This document shows positions 56,529 through 64,000 of a stretch of 64,000 nt of DNA, in pieces. The first letter of the stretch is position 1. Each line of letters opens with the position of its first letter. Under the pieces are notes generated by a model that was not told the origin of the DNA, did no database searches, and saw only the letters and a list, made by a program, of their open reading frames with translations. Source of the DNA: an uncultured Verrucomicrobiae bacterium (lineage in GTDB: Bacteria > Verrucomicrobiota > Verrucomicrobiia > Chthoniobacterales > UBA10450); NCBI GenBank assembly GCA_963726745.1, contig CAVSDR010000007.1, positions 1-64,000 on the forward strand. Direction: 5' to 3'. A program made the translations under genes and the position numbers.

Positions 56529-59500
56529 CTAGCGGGCCTTTAAGGCCAGGGTGTGCGTGTTGCCGGTATCGGCATCGCTCGCGGCGGTGGCGGTGCGGGT
56601 GCCGGTAGCGCCGGCGGTCGGCAACAATTGGTAGTTGCCTTGGATCGCGATCCCGCCGGAGCCCGGCAAATTGCTGGCCACGTCGAAGGCCTCGGTCATG
56701 CCCGCCGGTGGGGTAAGGCGGCGCTGCTGGCAAAGGCGTGTGCGGTCACAAGCATGTCATTGGCATAACGAGTGGTGACGCTCGGCGCGGGCTGGCTCAA
56801 GTTGCTCGCGGTTGACTGGCCACTCTCGACGTCGATGGGGTTAGCCGGATCCACGCCGCTGAAGGAGGAGATGCCGCCAGCGGAGCCGGTGGAAGAGGCA
56901 AGGCTCCAGGTATAGCTCGACGGTTCCGAAGCGCCCGCGACTTTGTAGTAGACGGCGAGCGAGTTGGAATTACCCGACGAATTGTTGATTCGGCGGACCA
57001 GGGTCCAGCCGGAGATATTGATCGTGGCCGTGCTCGGACGGATGGAGATCGCCGCTACCATGACGTCGCCTTGCGCGGTGCCGGCGGGCTTGTTGATCAC
57101 GAGCGATTGCACCCCAGAGGTGGCGCCTTTCGCTGCGCTCGACCGGAAGGTCGGCGCCGAGGTGGTGGTGGCGCTGGCTTCGTTGGAATAGCCGGAATCG
57201 CCGGCGCCGTTCGTCGCGCGGACCCGGTAGAAATACAAGGTGCCGGGAGCAAGCCCGGTGTCGGCGTAAGTCACGACGCTCGCGGCCACGGTGCCAATCT
57301 GGCTGTAGGTGCCGCCGCTGCCAGTTTTGCGCTCGATTTTGAAGCCGGTTTCATTTGCGACGTCGGACCAGGCAAGGTTCACCTGGCTGGAAGAAGCGGC
57401 CGCTGCGGTGAGGCCGGCCGGGACGGCGGGCACAGTGCCCGAGGTGCCAGTGACGCCCTTAGCTTCATTCGAGTAGGCGGAGTCGCCTGCGCTATTCGTG
57501 CTGCGCACGCGGTAGTAGTAGGTGGTGGAAGGAGTGAGGCCAGTGTTGGAGTAGCCGGTGGTGCCGGCAGGCACGGTGGCGATCTGCGCGTAGGTGCCGC
57601 CAATGCTGGTCTTGCGCTCGATCTTGAAGCCGTTCTCATTCGAGGAGGTATCGGTCCAGGAAAGATCGACCTGCGTGCTGGAGACGCCGTTGGCCGTGAG
57701 GCCGGTGGGCGCGGAGGGCTCGGTGATTAGGGAGACGTCGGTAAAGGTGGCCTGGCAAAGAGCAGTGGTGGTCCGGGAAGTGACGGCCAGCCCGACCGTG
57801 ACCGAGGCATTCATCGGGATGGAAGCGCTGCCGACCTGCGTCCAGGAGATGCCATCGCTGGCTGCAAAAGCGGTGAAGGTATTCCCCGACCGCACGAGGC
57901 GAAGCCAATACGGGGCGCCCACGGAGGGGCCGCTCGAGCTGGTGATCTTTGCGCCGGTGGCGGTCCGGGCAAGGAAGCTCACGCCCTTGCTCGGGGTGAG
58001 GACGATAGCCGCGGTTTCGGCATTCGTGGCCGTAGTCTCGCGCATCATCAAGCCAGCCTTCGCCGCCGGATCGGTGTTCTGAATGCTGGTCACGCGGGTG
58101 ACGATCTCGGCGTTTCCGGTGATGGTTTGGTAGACATATTGGAAGGCGTCGACCTGCGAGGTGATATCGGCGCCGGCGCCATTGACCGTGAAGGTGCCGC
58201 TGCTGGCGGCGTAGGAGGCACTGCCCGCTCTCCCCGTGGTTCCGATATCCTGGCTCACCCAAGGCGCGGGCAACGCGCCCGGCGCCGGAGTGGTGGCATT
58301 AGCCAGCGCGCTGTAGGCCGAGTCGCCCACGCTGTTGGTCGCCCGCACGCGATAGCTATAGGTCGTGGAAGCAACCACCGTGGTGTCACTGTAAGAGGTC
58401 ACGTTCGCCGCGGCGGTGGCGATCTGAATGAAGCTGCCGGTGGTGCCGATGCGCCGCTCGATCTTAAAGCCTGTTTCGTTCGTCGACTGGTCCGTCCACG
58501 CGAGGTCAATCCGGGAAACGTCCGTGACGGTCGCAGACAGATTACTCGGCGCTGCCGGAGGCGTCGTCGAAGTCGTATCGATCACGTAGGTTACCGTCGC
58601 GACCGCGCTATCCGTCCAGCCCGCGACCGTGGCGAAGGTCTTGACCGTGGTCGTGGCGGAGATGGCGATTGGAGTAGTATAAAGAGTCGAGCCCAGCGTC
58701 GGCGTGGTCCCATCAAGGGTATAATAGATCTGCGCTCCCGGACTGACATCGGCTAACGAGACGACTTGGGCGGTCGTGTAGGTGCCACCTGGGATACTGA
58801 AGGTCGGTGTGCCCGCCTGGAAGAAATAGCTTCCGGCGGTGTTCGTGCTCGCTTTGCCCGCGGCGATCGCGATGGCATTGAGCGTGGTGGCATTCGAGAG
58901 CGCGAGCGGGCCGCTATAAGGAGTGGAAGCGGCGCTCGCCGGAGTTCCGTCGAGCGTGTAGTAAATCTGCGCGCCCGAGGTGGAGTCGGTGATGGAGACG
59001 GAAATCGGCAGGTTATAGGTGCCCGGCAAGGGCGAAAACTGCGGCGGCGCCGTCACGGTCGAGGGATTGAAGACGACATCGACCCAGTAGTTGGAGGAGA
59101 CGGCGGTATCGGTGGGAAAAGCGCTCGAGCCGTAATGGTAAACGCCGTTGGCGCCGGCGACGCCATCAGCCGGAGCATACAACGGCGAAGCGTTCACTCC
59201 CTTGCCCGCGAAATAGTTAGAATCGTCCGCGTAGTGGCCCGTGTTGGTGTGATACGAAGCGATGTAATAAGTCCCCGCGGTGATGGGGACCGGCGTGGAG
59301 AATTGCGCCTGTTGCCAGCCGGAAGTGCTCTCGCCCGTGAAAGTGACTGTGGCCAGGAGCGTTCCATCTGTGCCCCAGAGGTTGCCGAGATGCGTGCCGG
59401 TATTCGCGCTGCTCTTATAGTAGCGAATCGCGGTGATCACGCCGTCGCGATCCGCCTTGAATCGGACTCCGAGTTCCACCGCAGAGGTGTCGGCCATGTC

Positions 59501-62308
59501 GACGAGCGTGGGGATGGCCGTGGGCGACCATAGGGTGTAGCCGCCTACGCTGGCGGCGCCGGTGGTGAACGACCATACCACATCCAGCGGCATCTTATTG
59601 CCCGCGAGATCGCGGACTCCGGTGGTTCCGCCCTTTACCGTAGCTGTGTAGATTGTTTTAGTCTTCAGGGCGGCGGCAGGCTGCAAGATGGCTGTGCGGC
59701 TGCCCGGATCGTAGGTTAACGAAACCGAAACCAAGCTTCCCGTGGCCGCTTCCTTGAGGAAGAAAGTCGCCGCCGAAAAGCTGCCGGCATTCATCGGCTC
59801 GTTGAACTGCGCCGAGACAGAGGTTAACACGCCGGCGTTGCCAAAGCCCATCTGGGGGGTGACTCCATTGATCAACGGCGGAGTAATATCGGGCGACAAA
59901 TCCGCTGCGAAGGCCACGTCGACCCAGTAATTTGACCCTTGCGAAGTGTCAGTGGGAAAGCCGCTGGCTCCATAACGGTAGAGTCCATTTCCGCCGGCGG
60001 CGCCATCCGCCGGTGCGAAGAGCGGGCCGCTCGTTAGGCTGCGTCCGGAAAAATAGCCGACATCATGGGAGTAGTGGCCGTTGTCGGTGTGATAGGACGC
60101 CACGTAATAAGTTCCGGCCGTGACTGGCACTGGCGTCGCGAGCTGGGCTTCCTGCCAGCCACTGGCCGTCTCGCTGGTGAAGGTTACGGAGCCGAGGAGG
60201 GTTCCATCGTTGCGCCAGAGATTGCCGACATGCGTGCCGAGATTGTCCGGACCCTTGTGAAAGCGCAGCGCGGTGATCCAGCCATTGCGATCGGGCTTGA
60301 AGCGGACGCCTAATTCCACCGCAAGCGGATCGGAATTTTGCAGGATCGTAGGGACCGCCGTGGGGGACCAAAGGGAGGCACGGGCGGAATTCAGCGTAAC
60401 CGTAATTGGCACCGCGGGCAGAGGCGTTTCTACCCGGCAACTATCGTCCACCGCACGGCTACGAAACGTCATCACCCCTGGAGAAGTGGGCAGCCAGGAA
60501 GCGCTCCAATTCGCTGCCCCGTAGGCCGGATGCCAGGTACTGCCGTTATCCAAGGAAACATCGACCCCTGCAGGGCGACCACCGCCCAAGTCAGTCGCCG
60601 TTCCAAAAATGGTCAACGGCGTCCAGGCGGGCACGCTCAGCGAGGCCGGCGCCTTGATCTGGGAAGCAGGAGGAAGCGTGTCGCCCGAGCTGCTAGATTT
60701 TTGCAAGCCCGCGCGGATCGTCGCCGGCTGGATGCCCATATCGGTGAAAAGGTTCACCGTTGCCTGCTGCACACGGACGTCTGCTGGAGTCCCCGGATAA
60801 TCGTGCGTGGCGTCGAGCCCCCAGGACCATTGGGCTGTGCCCGCGCCAAAAACCAATGCGCCACTGGCATGCCGATAAAGCGAAAGTGAATGCGTAGCCG
60901 TTCCCGGGCCGTAGCGGGTCCCGTAATCCTGCAGGTAATAGCCATCTACATTCAGGGTGGTGGAGGACATGGTCACCAAGCCAAGTGGGCGGTAGCCATT
61001 GTCGAGAGCCTCGTCCCATTCGTAACCCAGAAGTCCCTGAGGAAGCACCACTTTCTCCCCATCGATGAGTTGATCCAGCCCAGTATTCCGCCAAAATCTA
61101 AGCTTCCCATCCGCGCTCGAAACCGACATCGCATCCGAGCGATCCCCGTTGACTGTAAAAATCTGTCCAGAGAGCGCGTTCTCAGGCCGGCCCCCATCCG
61201 AGGGAGGACTGAAACGCGGGTCGCGCCAGGTGCCCGTCCAAGTGGAGGTGGGATCAATCTTGGCGTTGGCGTGCGTCTCCTTGTAGCAGACCAGCGTGCG
61301 ATAAGAAGTGCTCGTGCCTGCAGTGCTGTTTTCCCAGCGCGTTTTCCAGAAAATTTCGTTTCCACTGAAGAAAGCCAGGTGCACGCCAGCCGCGCGCGCC
61401 GCCTCCACGTTGGCGCGCTGCGCGCCCGACCAATATTCATCGTGTCCCACCGACAGGAACACCTTGTGCGTCTTCAAAGCCGCGGAACCGCGGCGATCGG
61501 TGTCCATCCCGGAAGCGTAGCTAACGTTGTAGCCGTTGGCTTCCAGCCAGCGGATCATCGGGTATTCGGCGGTGAAAAAGTAGCCCAGAGGCGTGCTGTC
61601 TCCGGTGCCAGGGGCACGATTATCGAACGGGCGATTATAACTGACCTTGTAAGCGCGCCCGTCGCTGGCCGGTCCGGTCCCGCCGTACAGCGTGGTCCCG
61701 CCGTAGCGGTTGTAGGCTTGCCAGGTCGTATCGGAAGTCTGGTAGAGGAGATCGGAATTTCCGAAATCATCTCGCACGATAAAGATGATGTGGCTGGCGC
61801 CGCCGGTATCGGTCCGGACCAACTTGGCCAGGTAAACTCCTGAGACCGCGCTCGAGGGAACGTTCCAGGACGCGGAGACCGCCCAGTTGCCGCAATCGTA
61901 AAGACCAGTCGAGGTCGAGCGCACGCACGCTGGCTGCGTCTGCGGCAGAGAAACAGACGGCGTGATCGTGGTTACCTTGCGCGCGCCGCGGCCATTGTAG
62001 TAACCCACCCGGTAGATATCCAACCGGTAAGCTTTCGCCGTCGTCTTGACCTTGAAACTAATCGTCTGCCCGCGATTTACACTCATGTCGGTGGCAAACC
62101 CTTGGATCGAGGTGTCGCCGGCGCCGGGCACATCCCATTCCGAGGCTAGGTTTCCGGTTACCGCGTTCTCACACGCGATCACGTTTCCGCAGGGAGTCTG
62201 CGCCTCCGTCCATCCGATCAGGCAGCAAAAGAGGAAAGCGAAAACGCTCCACCAGCACGAAGATTTTCCGCGCGCGGCGCGAGATAAGAGACGGTCGGGA
62301 GACGCCAC
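56529..62308 (-). CDS. Giant secreted multidomain protein (DMFase-beta-like N-domain, 2x DUF4082-like, Ig-like, Fn3 repeats); frameshift near 56715
   Basis: 1870-aa ORF; TWQAYNRYGG and SVGHDEYWS N-domain; two AVELGVRF..NYWVDV repeats; three LxWxD..NExGFKIERK Fn3 units. Adding one base near 56715 extends it (FTPPAGMTE...LALKAR*) to a stop at 56529. Confidence 0.88.
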
Positions 62309-62319
62309 TACACTCAGCA

Positions 62320-62335
62320 GGCAAGTCGTGTGCCG
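62320..62335 (-). promoter_or_regulatory. Candidate sigma-54 promoter of the giant protein gene
   Basis: Minus strand CGGCACACGACTTGCC = GGCAC-N5-TTGC. Confidence 0.55.
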
Positions 62336-62691
62336 CGAGTGATTCTCTGCTAACTGTCGGCGCCCGATTCATCGTGCAAACAGCTCGCGGATAGCACGTT
62401 AGGATATGGCAATTTCACGATTTAGAAATGACGCGAATAGTCGAACTACTAGAAAAATGTAAGCTTTTCCGTCTTCTCGAAAGAGGCCCGCTCGGCCGCA
62501 GGTCATTTTGTTATCGGTCATACCGCCTTTTCCAACCGACCCTGCGCTGCAGCACTTCGAACCGATCCAACCGCTCATCGGACCCAACCGAAGCAGGAGA
62601 AAGTAGCCAATGGCTTGGCAAAGATTCCGCACAAGATCGGCTGAAAAGGTCGGGATGAAGGCGATCACTTTTGGGTCAAGATGCAGCTAAT

Positions 62692-63849
62692 CTAGACGCC
62701 CATTTCGGTGCTCCCAACCTTTGATCCCTCGACTTGGAACAAAGCGCGGCGCACGATCTGACACACCTCCTCCGCTTCTTCCTTCGTCAGCCGGAGAGAT
62801 GAGGGCAAATTGATTCCGCGAGCTCCGATCCTGTAGGCCGTCGGGTTGCGCTCGGCCCACGGGGTCCCCGCGAAGGATTCATAAGCCTGAAGAGAACTTA
62901 GCGGACTGAAGAACGGCCGGGTATCCAATCCCGCTGCACTGAGAATCTTGGCAGCCTGCTGCTTGTCGAAAGGATAGCGTTCGTCCCAGACGATCGTGTT
63001 CAACCAGTAGACCGAATCCACTTTCGGTCCCGGGCTATTGATCTGTACGCCCGGTAGTCCGGAAAGCCCTTCCTCATACCAGCGAAACGCCTGCCGTTTC
63101 ATTCCCAGGATTTCATTAATCCTTTGGATTTGCGCATAGCCCAACGCCGCCTGCATGGAACTAGCCTTATACTTGTAAGCGACCTCTGTGTTTTGGAAGC
63201 TATTGTCGCCGCGGTGCCGTCCGTGACTGCTCAAGAAAGCAGCCCGCTTGAAATGCTCTTCGTCGTCGGTCACGAACATTCCGCCTTCGCCAGTGCTGAG
63301 CGTCTTGGAACCGTGAAAACTGAAAGCACCCGTGACCCCCAAACTGCCGGCAAACTTTCCCTTATAGGTCGCGCCGACCGCTTCCGCCGCATCTTCCACA
63401 ATCGGCAGGCTGTGCTTCCGGGCCACCCGGCCGAGCTCGTCGTAATCCGGCATGTTCCCGTAGAGATCCACCGCAAGGATCGCGCGCGTTTTCGGAGTGA
63501 TGGCCGCCTCCACCGAAGCCGCTGCCAGGCACCACGTCTCCGGGTCGATGTCTGCAAATACCGGAGTAGCCCCGAGGTATGTAATCGGCGCGGCGGAGGC
63601 GATCCAGGTAGCCTCCGGGACGATCACCTCGTCACCCGGCCCCACACCGAGAGCCGCTAGAGAGAGATGCAGCGCCGAGGTGCCCGAAGGCAGAAACAGG
63701 GCGTGCTTCGCGCCGATGTAAGCCGCAAAGGCCGCTTCGAAAAGGTCGTGGTACTTGCTTGCCTGGTCATACCAGCAATTCGCGACCGCATCGGTCACGT
63801 ACTGGATTTCCAAGTCTGTGATGGAAGGACCTGCAATAGGGACGCGCAT
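62692..63849 (-). CDS. DegT/DnrJ/EryC1/StrS aminotransferase (perosamine-synthase-like)
   Basis: SGTSALHL, GPGDEVIVP, VEDAAEA and FSFHGSKTLSTGEGG (PLP lysine). Confidence 0.93.
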   Translation of the reverse strand: MRVPIAGPSITDLEIQYVTDAVANCWYDQASKYHDLFEAAFAAYIGAKHALFLPSGTSALHLSLAALGVGPGDEVIVPEATWIASAAPITYLGATPVFADIDPETWCLAAASVEAAITPKTRAILAVDLYGNMPDYDELGRVARKHSLPIVEDAAEAVGATYKGKFAGSLGVTGAFSFHGSKTLSTGEGGMFVTDDEEHFKRAAFLSSHGRHRGDNSFQNTEVAYKYKASSMQAALGYAQIQRINEILGMKRQAFRWYEEGLSGLPGVQINSPGPKVDSVYWLNTIVWDERYPFDKQQAAKILSAAGLDTRPFFSPLSSLQAYESFAGTPWAERNPTAYRIGARGINLPSSLRLTKEEAEEVCQIVRRALFQVEGSKVGSTEMGV

Positions 63850-63861
63850 GTTCTTTGAAAG

Positions 63862-64000
63862 CTATTTTGGCCTGGCCGGCGACGTCGAAGTTCTGCGCAC
63901 AGTCGCGGGATTGCCGTAGACCACCGCGTTGTCCGCTACATCTTTGGTTACAACTGCCCCTGCGCCGATGATGGCGTTGCGACCGATTCGCAGACGTGAG
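63862..64000 (-). CDS. Hexapeptide-repeat sugar acetyltransferase, C-terminal fragment (PglD/NeuD-like)
   Basis: Manual translation ...LRIGRNAIIGAGAVVTKDVADNAVVYGNPA...PK*; runs off the window end. Confidence 0.85.
   Translation of the reverse strand, partial: SRLRIGRNAIIGAGAVVTKDVADNAVVYGNPATVRRTSTSPARPK

Overview
GC-rich bacterial chromosome segment, most likely Verrucomicrobiota (Chthoniobacterales/Spartobacteria-like). This is inferred from a VPDSG-CTERM protein with its exosortase and a duplicated 'N(I/V)STR' C-terminal domain. The assembly carries many single-base indels, even in essential genes, typical of long-read errors. There are three blocks. (1) 1-3 kb: a 5'-truncated type I restriction subunit hsdR. 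(2) About 3.5-34 kb: housekeeping genes (lepB, hpnD, UbiD, moaA/moaC/mog, hisJ-like, ybaB, dnaX, trmD, KH protein, rpsP, ffh, metH, desaturase, tRNA-Pro, tRNA-Glu). (3) 34-64 kb: an all-minus-strand exopolysaccharide/PEP-CTERM locus (beta-barrel, RfaH-like, VPDSG-CTERM protein, PrsT/PrsR/PrsK, Wza, exosortase, 8 glycosyltransferases, a giant DUF4082-type surface protein, a DegT aminotransferase). The most striking unexplained signal is a non-palindromic 9-mer, GCCTAACGA/TCGTTAGGC. By eye I found 22 exact copies (24 of the 8-mer core), about one per 1.2 kb in the housekeeping block and on both strands. It is written into coding sequence in several frames using rare codons and is nearly absent from the hsdR and EPS blocks. 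This is the pattern expected of a DNA-uptake-sequence-like or other genome-wide self signal. Also noted: several sigma-54 promoters with a candidate PrsR box, a perfect 24-bp palindrome before metH, and a structured leader before an Fn3 gene.
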